From positions 474-64,473 of the forward strand of contig CAMDOD010000002.1 in assembly GCA_945903415.1 (NCBI GenBank): a DNA stretch of 64,000 bases. Reading direction: 5' to 3'. Shown piece after piece: positions 1 through 7,913 of the stretch. Position 1 is the stretch's first letter, and every line of letters starts with the position of its first letter. The notes under the pieces are model-generated. The model had not been told where the DNA came from. It saw only the letters and a program-made list of their open reading frames with translations, and did no database searches. The position numbers were made by a program, and so were the translations under genes. This DNA comes from Opitutus sp. GAS368. Lineage in GTDB: Bacteria > Verrucomicrobiota > Verrucomicrobiia > Opitutales > Opitutaceae.

Positions 1-1
1 G

Positions 2-1210
2 GTGCAACGCTATCTCGGCGTCATCAACGTTCAGATCGCGGCCGGACATGACTTCACGTACGCGATGGTCGCCGGTTACACGGCGGTCCTCTGCTCGCCC
101 GGCTTTCTCTATCTCGAGGAGGCGCCCGGCCGGCTCGACGACTATGCCGTCGCGTCGCGACTCGCTTTCTTCCTGTGGAACTCGTCGCCCGACCAGGCGC
201 TCCTGACCCGTGCGGCTCAGGGCGAACTTCGCCGGCCCGAGGTTCTGCGCACGGAGACCGAGCGGCTGCTCGCGGATCCGAAGGCGCGTCGTTTCACCGA
301 GGCCTTCCTCGATTACTGGCTAGAGCTTCGGCACATGGATGCGACTACGCCGTCCAATACGCTTTATCCCGATTACTATCTCGATGAGTCGCTGGCCGAG
401 GCCGCGCTGGACGAGTCCCGGATGTTCTTCGACGAACTGCTGCGCCGCGATCTGCCGGCGAGCAACATCGTGAATTCGGATTTCACCTACCTGAACGAGC
501 GGCTGGCGGAGCACTATGGCATGTCGAACGTCAAGGGTGCGGCGATGCGGCGCGTGACCCTGCCGGCTAATGGGGTGCGCGGCGGCATGATGACGCAGGC
601 GATGGTGCTCAAGGTTACCGCCAACGGCACGACCACGTCGCCCGTGATCCGGGGCCGCTGGATTGCGGAACGGATGCTCGGCCAGGAAATTCCGCCGCCG
701 CCTGCCGCGGTCCCGGCGGTCGATCCCGATACGCGTGGGGCCGTGACGATTCGTCAGCAGTTGGCGAAACACAGCGCGGACGAAAGCTGCGCGGGCTGTC
801 ACCGGAAGATCGATCCGGCGGGCTTCGCGCTGGAGAACTTCGATGTCATGGGTCGCTGGCGTGATCGCTATCGCGCGGATGCCAAGGACAAGGTGCCGGA
901 AATCGGCATCGGTAAGAACGGCTGGCCGTTTGACTTCCACTACGCGCTGCCCGTCGAGGGTTCCGGCCGGCTGGCCGATGGCCGCGAGTTCAAGGATGTC
1001 CGCGACCTCAAAAAGCTCGTCCTGGCTGATGAAGCGCTGGCCCCCCGGAATCTCGCGCGGCAGCTGACCGTGTATGCCACGGGCGCCCCGGTGCGGTTCA
1101 GCGATCGCGCGGCCATCGAGCAGCTGCTCCAGACGGCCAAGCCCAGCGGCTACGGCGTGCGTAGCCTCGTCCACGCGATCGTGCAGAGCGATCTGTTCCT
1201 GAACAAGTAG
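2..1210 (+). CDS. DUF1592/DUF1588-family (Planctomycete-type cytochrome) protein, C-terminal part; 5' end lies outside the window
   Basis: Open from the window edge to TAG at 1208-1210. Long identical runs with the C-terminal half of the 930-aa ORF at 10712-13504, e.g. [85 protein letters not shown]. Contains the CxxCH motif SCAGCHRKIDP. Confidence 0.85.
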   Translation: MQRYLGVINVQIAAGHDFTYAMVAGYTAVLCSPGFLYLEEAPGRLDDYAVASRLAFFLWNSSPDQALLTRAAQGELRRPEVLRTETERLLADPKARRFTEAFLDYWLELRHMDATTPSNTLYPDYYLDESLAEAALDESRMFFDELLRRDLPASNIVNSDFTYLNERLAEHYGMSNVKGAAMRRVTLPANGVRGGMMTQAMVLKVTANGTTTSPVIRGRWIAERMLGQEIPPPPAAVPAVDPDTRGAVTIRQQLAKHSADESCAGCHRKIDPAGFALENFDVMGRWRDRYRADAKDKVPEIGIGKNGWPFDFHYALPVEGSGRLADGREFKDVRDLKKLVLADEALAPRNLARQLTVYATGAPVRFSDRAAIEQLLQTAKPSGYGVRSLVHAIVQSDLFLNK

Positions 1211-1227
1211 GCGGCGCGAAGGCGACC

Positions 1228-1277
1228 GGAGTCGTTCGGACTCCTACTGCCGCGTAGCCCTGCGCGTGAGCGCAGGG
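1228..1277. repeat. REP doublet: two head-to-head GTAG-anchored GC-rich hairpins
   Basis: Minus-strand unit: GTAG (1244-1247, reverse complement) plus stem ggagtc/gactcc (1228-1244). Plus-strand unit: GTAG at 1254-1257 plus perfect 8-bp stem ccctgcgc/gcgcaggg (1258-1277, loop gtga). The heads are separated by tgccgc. Confidence 0.6.
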
Positions 1278-1307
1278 ACCATGATCTAGAGCGGCATAAG
1301 AAATAAC

Positions 1308-1375
1308 ATAGCCAGCCGGGCGTGGACGAGCCCCGCCCCTACCCGCATTTCGTAGGGGCGCGCCTCGTGCGAGCC
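1308..1375. repeat. REPIN-like doublet, family 1 (GTAGGGGCGGGGCTCG.. / GTAGGGGCGCGCCTCGTGCG..), copy A
   Basis: gggcgtggacgagccccgcccctac-ccgcatttc-gtaggggcgcgcctcgtgcgagcc. The reverse complement matches the element at 5513-5620 almost base for base. Confidence 0.7.
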
Positions 1376-1632
1376 GGGTTTGAGCCCGAAGCCAGGAAGC
1401 CAGGAATCGGCCCAACCTCATTTCTTGGCCTTCCCGATGCCCCTGTTCCAGTGCCACGGCTCGACTCGGTGGACTCACTCGGTGCGCAGTAGAGGCTGTC
1501 AGGCACTTTTGTCTTTTGGAGGGCCGAGCTCCGCCGAGGCCGATAGTATTGCGTCACGGTTTCGGACTCGGGGGACCTCGTCCCTCCAATTGCCCGCATT
1601 GGTTTCACAACCGAGGAAGTGCATGACACGCT

Positions 1633-2577
1633 CTAGTACCCCTTCGCCCAATCGATCACGTTCTGCAGCGGCTGGCCCGCGCGGTAGCGGGCGAGGTTGG
1701 ACGTGAAGAAGGCGACGGCATCCCGAAAGACCTGATCCGAACCACCGCCCGTGTGCTGGGTGAGGATCGTGCGCGGGCAGTTCCAGAGCGGATCGTCGGC
1801 CAGGAGCGGTTCGTGGCGGGTGACGTCGAGGACGGCGCCGCCGAGTCGCCCGGAATGGAGCGCGTCGACCAGGGCGGGCTCTTCGACGAGTGAACCGCGA
1901 CCGATGTTCGCGAAGAGGGCGCCCGGTTTGAAACATTTGAGCCGCGCCGCGTCGATCAAGCCGCGGGTGTCCGGCGTGTCGGGCAGCGCAGCGCACACGA
2001 TGTCCGCACGGGGGAGGGCGGTATCGAGTTCGGCCAGCGTGTGGATGTCGCCGGAGGTGCGACCGTAGGCGGTGAACGTGCAGTGAAACGGAAGCAGCAG
2101 TTCCTGCAGCCGCCGATTCGCCGAACCTGCGCCGAGGAGCAGCACGTGCAGGCCATCGAGCCGCCGCAACCCTGATTGGAGCCTCGGCTTCTGCCAGTCG
2201 CGCTGCGGCTGAAGCCGGGCGAATTGATCGATGCCGCGCACGAGGGCGAGCAACCCGCCGAGGACGGTCTGCACCATGGCTTCGACGAACACGCCGCGCA
2301 TGTTGGTGCACGTCACGCGTCCCGCCACGGCGGTCCAGTTGAGATGCAGGAAATTATCAACCCCGGCGGAGGAGAACTGGATCCAGCGAAGCTGCGGCGC
2401 CGCGGCCAGGAGATCCTCGGGAAACGCGCCGAACACGACCTCGGCGGCGAGGAAGGCCTCCCGATCGGCCGCTGACGGCCGCGCCGGGTCGGCATACCAG
2501 ACTTCATCCGCCGGGGTGGCGGCGCCGAGGGTTAGGCGGTCGGACTCCGGCAGGGGACAGGCGACGTAGATTTTCAC
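1633..2577 (-). CDS. D-isomer-specific 2-hydroxyacid dehydrogenase family, NAD-binding
   Basis: Rossmann motif LLLGAGSANRRL. Family-typical C-terminal block ANIGRGSLVEEPALVDAL....LGGAVLDVTRHEPL. I place the start at GTG 2577 (VKIYVACPLP...) rather than the upstream M at 2679. Confidence 0.8.
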   Translation of the reverse strand: MKIYVACPLPESDRLTLGAATPADEVWYADPARPSAADREAFLAAEVVFGAFPEDLLAAAPQLRWIQFSSAGVDNFLHLNWTAVAGRVTCTNMRGVFVEAMVQTVLGGLLALVRGIDQFARLQPQRDWQKPRLQSGLRRLDGLHVLLLGAGSANRRLQELLLPFHCTFTAYGRTSGDIHTLAELDTALPRADIVCAALPDTPDTRGLIDAARLKCFKPGALFANIGRGSLVEEPALVDALHSGRLGGAVLDVTRHEPLLADDPLWNCPRTILTQHTGGGSDQVFRDAVAFFTSNLARYRAGQPLQNVIDWAKGY

Positions 2578-2705
2578 GTGCCTGCGATCTAGGGGCGCAC
2601 GCAAGAATGTCGCGGCAAAACCGTGCGAGGCCCGCGCCGAGCCATCCAAGGCATTTGAACCACGAAGACACAGAGGCACAGAGATCGGAGGTTCGGGATC
2701 TGCCC

Positions 2706-2832
2706 AATTTTCAGATTACCGATTTTCAATTCTCAATTTTCAATCGCTCTGGGCGAACACGCGGCGGCGTTGGTTCGCCAGAACGCGATCGGACGCGGAG
2801 ATTGAAAATTGAGAATTGAAAATCTGGAATCG
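2706..2832. repeat. AT-rich palindromic element, copy 1 (TCAAT-heptad arms around a GC-rich centre)
   Basis: Left arm gattttcaattctcaattttcaatc (2721-2745) is the perfect reverse complement of gattgaaaattgagaattgaaaatc (2800-2824). TCAAT recurs every 7 nt, three times per arm. The 54-nt GC-rich centre has its own small inverted repeat. The arms are very AT-rich against the GC-rich surrounding sequence. Confidence 0.9.
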
Positions 2833-2859
2833 CAAAGTCGGTCCCATCCACGCCCGGAC

Positions 2860-2880
2860 CCGACCGGTGGTCGGTTGACA
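2860..2880 (+). promoter_or_regulatory. Candidate vapBC operator (inverted repeat ccgacc-ggt-ggtcgg) abutting a TTGACA -35 box
   Basis: Inverted repeat at 2860-2874 lies directly next to TTGACA at 2875-2880, about 30 nt before the vapB ATG (2912). The -10 region is poor (ttacgg / attacg), so this is tentative. It would give a near-leaderless mRNA. Confidence 0.3.
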
Positions 2881-2911
2881 GGTATTACTGGGCAGAATTA
2901 CGGTAAGAACC

Positions 2912-3145
2912 ATGAAGATCACGACCAAGGGTCAGGTCACCATTCCGCAGAATCTGCGCGAGGAGTTCGGGCTGCTGCCTAATACCGACGTCGAGTTTGT
3001 GCGGGATGGCCGGGGCGGCGTGCGCCTGCAAAAATCCGCCAAAGTCGGCACCCGGGGCGCCGACCTCGTGGCGGCGTTGCGGGGCAAGTGGCGCAGCAAG
3101 CTGGGTACCGACGAGGTGATGGCCATGACCCGCGGTGAATCGTGA
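2912..3145 (+). CDS. vapB: AbrB/MazE/SpoVT-family antitoxin (VapB-like)
   Basis: 77 aa. N-terminal MKITTKGQVTIPQNLREEFGL is the classic AbrB-type swapped-hairpin signature. The stop overlaps the start of the downstream PIN gene (GTGA). Confidence 0.8.
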   Translation: MKITTKGQVTIPQNLREEFGLLPNTDVEFVRDGRGGVRLQKSAKVGTRGADLVAALRGKWRSKLGTDEVMAMTRGES

Positions 3146-3543
3146 GCACGCTGGTCGACAGCAATGTGCTCATCGACGTGCTGAGCGAGGATGCCCGCTG
3201 GTTCGAGTGGTCCGCGCAGGCGCTAGCGCGCGCCGCCGAACACGGGACCCTCGCCATCAACCCGATTATCTATGCCGAGGTGGGAATCGGTTATGCTACG
3301 CCGGCCCAGATTGACGCCGTGTTGCCCACGGATCGTTTCGCTCGGCTGGCGCTGCCCTTTGCGGCGGGCTTCGTCGCCGGGCGGGTATTTTTGACCTACC
3401 GACGCCGCGATGGCGCGCGTCAGTCGCCACTGCCGGATTTCTACATCGGAGCGCACGCGCTGGTCGAGGGGCACACCTTGCTGACCCGCGACCCGGCGCG
3501 CTATCGCACTTATTTTCCCAAGCTGAAATTGATTTGTCCGTGA
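3142..3543 (+). CDS. vapC: PIN-domain ribonuclease toxin (VapC-like)
   Basis: 133 aa. LVDSNVLIDVLSED gives the first acidic PIN residue. It shows PIN-like size and layout and a later conserved TRD motif (LLTRDPARY). 4-nt overlap with vapB. Confidence 0.85.
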   Translation: MSTLVDSNVLIDVLSEDARWFEWSAQALARAAEHGTLAINPIIYAEVGIGYATPAQIDAVLPTDRFARLALPFAAGFVAGRVFLTYRRRDGARQSPLPDFYIGAHALVEGHTLLTRDPARYRTYFPKLKLICP

Positions 3544-3612
3544 ACGATGCGCCGCTGTTCAGATGAAGGTCCACCGACCTGGCCGAAAATGCAGCAACGC
3601 GGCCGGACCACC

Positions 3613-3731
3613 AATTTCAGATTAGCGATTTTCAATTTTCAATCTGCAGTCGGCGGACGCGCCACGGCGCAACCGCGCAGGGAGGGCGCGCGGACCATCA
3701 TTGAAAATTGAGAATTGAAAATCTGGAATCG
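3613..3731. repeat. AT-rich palindromic element, copy 2
   Basis: Right arm attgaaaattgagaattgaaaatctggaatcg (3700-3731) is identical to copy 1 (2801-2832). The left arm (3627-3644) carries only two TCAAT heptads, so one heptad is missing. The 55-nt centre shows no similarity by eye to the centre of copy 1. Same orientation as copy 1. Confidence 0.9.
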
Positions 3732-3839
3732 TGAATCGGCAAATGGCTCGGATCGTCCCAGCGCCGCTCTCGCGCAGCGTCGCCGGTCGCCGCTTCCCTT
3801 GACCACCGGCGCTCCCTTTGGCATCGGTTGGGCACCCCG

Positions 3840-5483
3840 ATGTCGACTCGTTTATTCCGAGGATTCCGTTGGTTCGCGCGCAGGTGCGCGATCGGACTCG
3901 GCGGTTTCGGTGCAATCTTCGCCGGCGGATGCGATCGACGGGAGACGCTCGCCGATGGTGCGGCCCGGGATCAGGTGATGGTCGTGGGTAACGGGGCCGA
4001 GCCGTCGGATGTGGATCCGCAGACGATCACCGGCATCCCGGAGCGGAATATCGTCGTGACGCTTTTCGAGGGGCTCACGCGCGTCGATCCCGAGACCCTG
4101 GAACCCCGGCCGGGCGCGGCGGAGCGTTGGGACGTCTCCGCCGATGGGCTGCGTTATACGTTTCACCTGCGTCGCGGGCTCCAGTGGTCGGATGGCACGC
4201 CGCTCAACGTCCATGATTTCATCGCGTCGTTCCGGCGGATGCTCGCCCCGGAGTTGGGCTCCGACAATGCCGACAATCTTTACTACGTCGTCAACGCGGA
4301 GGCGTTTCACCAAGGCAAATTGAGCGACTTCGATCAGGTGGGATTCCGCGCCGTGGATGATCACACGTTGGAGGTTCGGCTCCGCCATCCGACGCCCTTT
4401 CTGCTCAAGACCATGGCGGCGCGTTCCTGGTTTCCGGTGCCGCGGCATGTGATCGTCCGCAATGGCGATCCGTACCGGCCGGGCAACCGCTGGACGTTGC
4501 CGGGGCAGCATGTCGGCAACGGTCCGTTTGTGATGCAGGACTGGAAACCGAATGTGCACCTCGAGGTGCGGCGGAGCCCGACGTACTGGAATCGCGACGC
4601 GGTCCGGCTGGGCGGCGTCCGGTTTGTGCCGATGGAAAGCCAGCCGGCGGAGGAGGCCGCGTTTCGGGCGGGTCAGTTGCACAAGACCTCGCGCGTGCCG
4701 ATCAACAAAATCTCCGTTTACCAACGCGAGGCGCCGGAGAAGATCCATGTGCATCCGTACTCTGGGGTCTATTTTTTCAACTTCAACGTGAAGCGCCCGC
4801 CCTTCGATGACGTGCGGGTGCGGCGGGCGCTCGCTCTCGCGGTGGACCGGCCGAGTATCGTCCGCAATGTGGCGCGCGGCGGAGAAACGCCGGCCTATCA
4901 CTTCGTCCCCGCGGGCCTCGGGGGCTATGTCAGTACGTCACTGACGCGGCTCGACTACGATGTCGCCCGGAAGCTGCTGGCGGAGGCGGGTTATCCCGGG
5001 GGCCGGGGGTTGGCGCCGATTACCCTGCTCTACAACACGGCGGACAATCATCGCGCGATCGCGGAGGCGCTGCAGCAGACTTGGAAGGTCGAGTTGGGGA
5101 TCAACGTCCGCTTGGAGAATCAGGAGTGGAAGGTGTACCTGGACACGATGCACACGCAGAACTACCAGCTCTGCCGGGCCGGTTTGATCGTGGAGCCCTA
5201 CGATCCTTCGCAATTTCTGCGGGTGTTCATGACCACCGACGGATTCAACCGCACGGGTTGGTCGAATCCCGAATACGACCGGCTCTACGGGGAGATTATG
5301 CAGACGGTGGATCAGCCCCGCCGGCTCGCGCTGCTCCAGCGGATGGAGGCGATCCTGATGGATGAGATGCCGATCCTGCCGGTGTATTTTGTCGCGAACC
5401 AATATTTGATGGATCCGCGAATCCGCGGCTGGGCGGACAACCTGCTCGCGCTCGGGCCCTACGAGCGGGCCTGGATTGAGTAG
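3840..5483 (+). CDS. ABC transporter substrate-binding protein, family 5 (oligopeptide/dipeptide-type), lipoprotein
   Basis: Lipobox FAGGC after a signal peptide. SBP_bac_5-like blocks: LFEGLTRVDPETLEPRPGAAERWDVSADGLRYTFHLRRGLQWSDG and PYSGVYFFNFNVKRPPFDDVRVRRAL. No permease or ATPase genes are adjacent. Start taken at ATG 3840. Confidence 0.85.
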   Translation: MSTRLFRGFRWFARRCAIGLGGFGAIFAGGCDRRETLADGAARDQVMVVGNGAEPSDVDPQTITGIPERNIVVTLFEGLTRVDPETLEPRPGAAERWDVSADGLRYTFHLRRGLQWSDGTPLNVHDFIASFRRMLAPELGSDNADNLYYVVNAEAFHQGKLSDFDQVGFRAVDDHTLEVRLRHPTPFLLKTMAARSWFPVPRHVIVRNGDPYRPGNRWTLPGQHVGNGPFVMQDWKPNVHLEVRRSPTYWNRDAVRLGGVRFVPMESQPAEEAAFRAGQLHKTSRVPINKISVYQREAPEKIHVHPYSGVYFFNFNVKRPPFDDVRVRRALALAVDRPSIVRNVARGGETPAYHFVPAGLGGYVSTSLTRLDYDVARKLLAEAGYPGGRGLAPITLLYNTADNHRAIAEALQQTWKVELGINVRLENQEWKVYLDTMHTQNYQLCRAGLIVEPYDPSQFLRVFMTTDGFNRTGWSNPEYDRLYGEIMQTVDQPRRLALLQRMEAILMDEMPILPVYFVANQYLMDPRIRGWADNLLALGPYERAWIE

Positions 5484-5512
5484 GCCTGCGACTAGAGCCT
5501 TTGAAGTTGAAG

Positions 5513-5620
5513 TGTAGCCGATCAGCCATCGTGGGCGCGCACGAGGCGCGCCCCTACAAACTGCGGGTAGGGGGCGGGGCTCGCTCACGCCCGTGCTGGC
5601 TACAAGAAGGGGTAGCCGGC
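5513..5620. repeat. REPIN-like doublet, family 1, copy B (inverted relative to copy A) with flanking GTAGCC/GGCTAC units
   Basis: gtagccgatcagccatcgt-gggcgcgcacgaggcgcgcccctac-aaactgcgg-gtagggggcggggctcgctcacgccc-gtgctggctac-aagaagg-ggtagccggc. Includes a perfect 8-bp stem gggcgcgc/gcgcgccc. Confidence 0.7.
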
Positions 5621-5630
5621 AGATGTTCCC

Positions 5631-6671
5631 TCAGGCCAGCCAGCGGTCGCGGCCCGCGTGAACGAATTCATCGTCGACGAGCCAGGGATACGCCTTTGTC
5701 ACCCGCGAAATCTCCGCCGCCTGCCCGGGCGAAAGGCGTTCCTCCGGATTGAGGCAGGCCGTCGTCTCAAGCAGCCCTTGCCGGCGCAACACCTCATGGA
5801 TGCCGGGCAGGCAGCCGGCGAACGCGTGCGCGGGATCGAAGAGGGCCGCGTTCGCGTCGGTGATGGCTGCATTCTGCGTCAGCCAATCGGCGGCGAGGCG
5901 GGGCTTTCGCCGCGCCGACTGAATGGCCCACAGCATCGCCACCGCGCGCTCCGTCCAGACTCCCCATTGACCCAGCAACCCGCCGGCAATGAATCGCGTC
6001 CGGCCGCCGAACGAGAAGGGTGTCATGAGATCCGCGATGATGTTGTCGTCGTTGCCGGTGTAGAGGGCGACGTCGTCACGTCCGGCTTCCAGCACCGCGC
6101 GGACGACATCGAGGGTCCGATAGCGATCGAACGGCGCGATCTTGATCGCGACGACCTCCGGGATCTCGGCGAAGTCGCGCCAGAAGCGATACGAGAAATT
6201 GCGTCCGCCGACGGCCGGCTGGAGGTAGAATCCCACCAGAGGAATCTCGCGGGCCACGGTCCGGCAGTGGCGCAGGATGGCGCGTTCCGGCTCGCGGGCC
6301 CAGGCGCCGAGGCTCAACAGGCCGGCGTGGTATCCGTGCGACAAGGCGATCTTCGCCTCGCCGACAGCCTGCGCGGTGGGCCCGCAGAGCCCGGCGATGA
6401 GGACGAAGGGGGGCGACTTGGGGCCCCGCCATGAGCGAGCGGAGTCGGCCGCGAGTTGCAGGACCGGCTCATAGAGACCGATCTTCGGAGCGCGGATGGC
6501 GAATTGGGTCGAGTGAACGCCGACGGCGACGCCGCCTGCGCCCGCGTCGCTATAGTAGCGGATGAGGGCGCGCTGGCGCCGTTCGTTCCAACGGCGGGTG
6601 CGGGTCAGGGCGAGCGGCAGAGCGGGCAGCACGTGTCCGGCCAGCAGATGAGTGCGCAGATTGAAGGACAT
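5631..6671 (-). CDS. Dihydrodipicolinate synthase / N-acetylneuraminate lyase family (class I aldolase) protein
   Basis: 346 aa. VVAIKIAPF resembles the Schiff-base lysine context and ALYTGNDDNI resembles the GDD block of the DapA/NAL family. It is not obviously a true DapA. Confidence 0.6.
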   Translation of the reverse strand: MSFNLRTHLLAGHVLPALPLALTRTRRWNERRQRALIRYYSDAGAGGVAVGVHSTQFAIRAPKIGLYEPVLQLAADSARSWRGPKSPPFVLIAGLCGPTAQAVGEAKIALSHGYHAGLLSLGAWAREPERAILRHCRTVAREIPLVGFYLQPAVGGRNFSYRFWRDFAEIPEVVAIKIAPFDRYRTLDVVRAVLEAGRDDVALYTGNDDNIIADLMTPFSFGGRTRFIAGGLLGQWGVWTERAVAMLWAIQSARRKPRLAADWLTQNAAITDANAALFDPAHAFAGCLPGIHEVLRRQGLLETTACLNPEERLSPGQAAEISRVTKAYPWLVDDEFVHAGRDRWLA

Positions 6672-6677
6672 GGGTGG

Positions 6678-7727
6678 TTAGTATTGGCCGGAGCGATTTT
6701 CGAATGCGGTGGGTTTGCCCCAGAGATTTCCGCCCGCGTCGATCCAAGCGGCGATCCACGCGGTCATCTGTTCGACGGAGGTCGGGGGCACACCGAAGCG
6801 GGCGTGCGAGCGCGAGGCGTTGTTGAGCCAGGCCGTCCCGGCCTCCCGGCCCTCGAAGCGGACCTCACGCCCGAAGAGGTGGCCAAACCGGAGCGCAAGT
6901 TCGCGCACGCTCAGGATCTGCGCGCCGGTGATGTTCACCGGCACGGCGGGCGAGCCGGCCAGCGACCATGACTGGATGATCTGGGCGACCGCATCACGCT
7001 GCCAGATGACATTCACGTGTCCGGTGGTGACATCGATCGGCAGGCCCGCGCGAACCTTCTGGGCGAGGTCGACGAGGACGCCGTAGCGGAATTCGACGGA
7101 ATAGTTCAGGCGGATCAGTGCGACGGGCGTGCCCTCCTGGAGCGAAACGGCGGCAAAGGCCCGTTCCCGTTCGAGGCAGGAGATGGCGTAGTCGCCCACG
7201 GGGGCGACGGGAGTTTCCTCAGTCGCGCCGCCCGAGACCGGGGAGACAAACGGATAGACGCAGCCGGTGGAGAAGGCGACGATGCGGGAACGATGGAAGC
7301 GGCGGGCGACGCGCTGCGGCATCTCGACGTTGGCGCGTTGCAGGACCTCGGGATTGGTGGCGGTGCCGAACTTGACGCCCGCGAGGAAGAAGACCGTCGG
7401 AGCATCGGGGAGACGCTGCAGCGCCGCTTCATCGAGGAGATCGCAGGCTTCGATCTGGATTCCGTGCTGCTCGAACTCCGCGCGATCCCGCAGCGTGGTG
7501 AAGCGCGACACCGCCACCACGGGATCGGAACTGCCCTGGGCGTCGCGGGCGCGGCGCAGCATGAGGCAAAGGTGCAGTCCCATTTTGCCGCCGGCGCCGA
7601 GGACCAGGATCGGTCCGGCCATCCGGGCCACCGTTGCGGCCGCGCCGGCGGTCGGCTCGCTCAGGAAAAGATCCAGGCCGTCCGGCGGGCAGGGGAGGGC
7701 AGTCCGATCGGGGGCGGGAGGACTCAA
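6678..7727 (-). CDS. NAD(P)-dependent epimerase/dehydratase (extended/atypical SDR) family protein
   Basis: Rossmann motif ILVLGAGGKMG. Only 6 nt separate it from the aldolase-family gene, so they are probably an operon. The position expected for YxxxK reads YAISC. An alternative start at ATG 7622 (MAGPILVLGAGG) is plausible. Confidence 0.7.
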   Translation of the reverse strand: MSPPAPDRTALPCPPDGLDLFLSEPTAGAAATVARMAGPILVLGAGGKMGLHLCLMLRRARDAQGSSDPVVAVSRFTTLRDRAEFEQHGIQIEACDLLDEAALQRLPDAPTVFFLAGVKFGTATNPEVLQRANVEMPQRVARRFHRSRIVAFSTGCVYPFVSPVSGGATEETPVAPVGDYAISCLERERAFAAVSLQEGTPVALIRLNYSVEFRYGVLVDLAQKVRAGLPIDVTTGHVNVIWQRDAVAQIIQSWSLAGSPAVPVNITGAQILSVRELALRFGHLFGREVRFEGREAGTAWLNNASRSHARFGVPPTSVEQMTAWIAAWIDAGGNLWGKPTAFENRSGQY

Positions 7728-7913
7728 GGTGTCCTCTAGCTAGGTTGGCCTGTGGCTGGCACAAGCTGAAAGTCGGCAGAGTTGCAGCGGGCGGGCGATC
7801 TGTCGAAGTCCGCCTGTGCTCACCAGGATCCCATGTCCGTATCTGCTGTGCGGGCTGGGGCGCTCTGCTGGGAAGGCAGGGTGCGGACTGCCCTCGACCG
7901 CGAGGGTCCGGCC

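Noticed and set aside
2660-2683. Purine-rich motif ccacgaagacacagaggcacagag resembling ccacggaaacacaggc at 30796-30811
   Set aside because: It is too short and too degenerate to call a repeat family from two occurrences. A genome-wide count would be needed.
2721-2824. TCAAT heptad arrays as a possible CRISPR or tandem-repeat locus
   Set aside because: There are only three 7-nt units per arm with no spacers, and the units are arranged as an inverted repeat. This is not CRISPR-like.
2706-3731. Interpretation of the AT-rich palindromes as integron attC sites (a CALIN with a TA cassette)
   Set aside because: The architecture is attractive: conserved arms, variable centre, a TA cargo and the same orientation. 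However, neither strand shows the RYYYAAC / GTTRRRY core sites, the stems are far longer and more AT-rich than typical attC sites, and no intI gene is present. I keep this only as something to test with an attC covariance model.
5480-5483. GTAG overlapping the stop codon of the substrate-binding-protein gene, as also seen at 1207-1210 and 58247-58250
   Set aside because: At 5480 no palindrome follows, so a TAG stop preceded by G is probably a coincidence. Only the uvrA case is clearly part of a REP.
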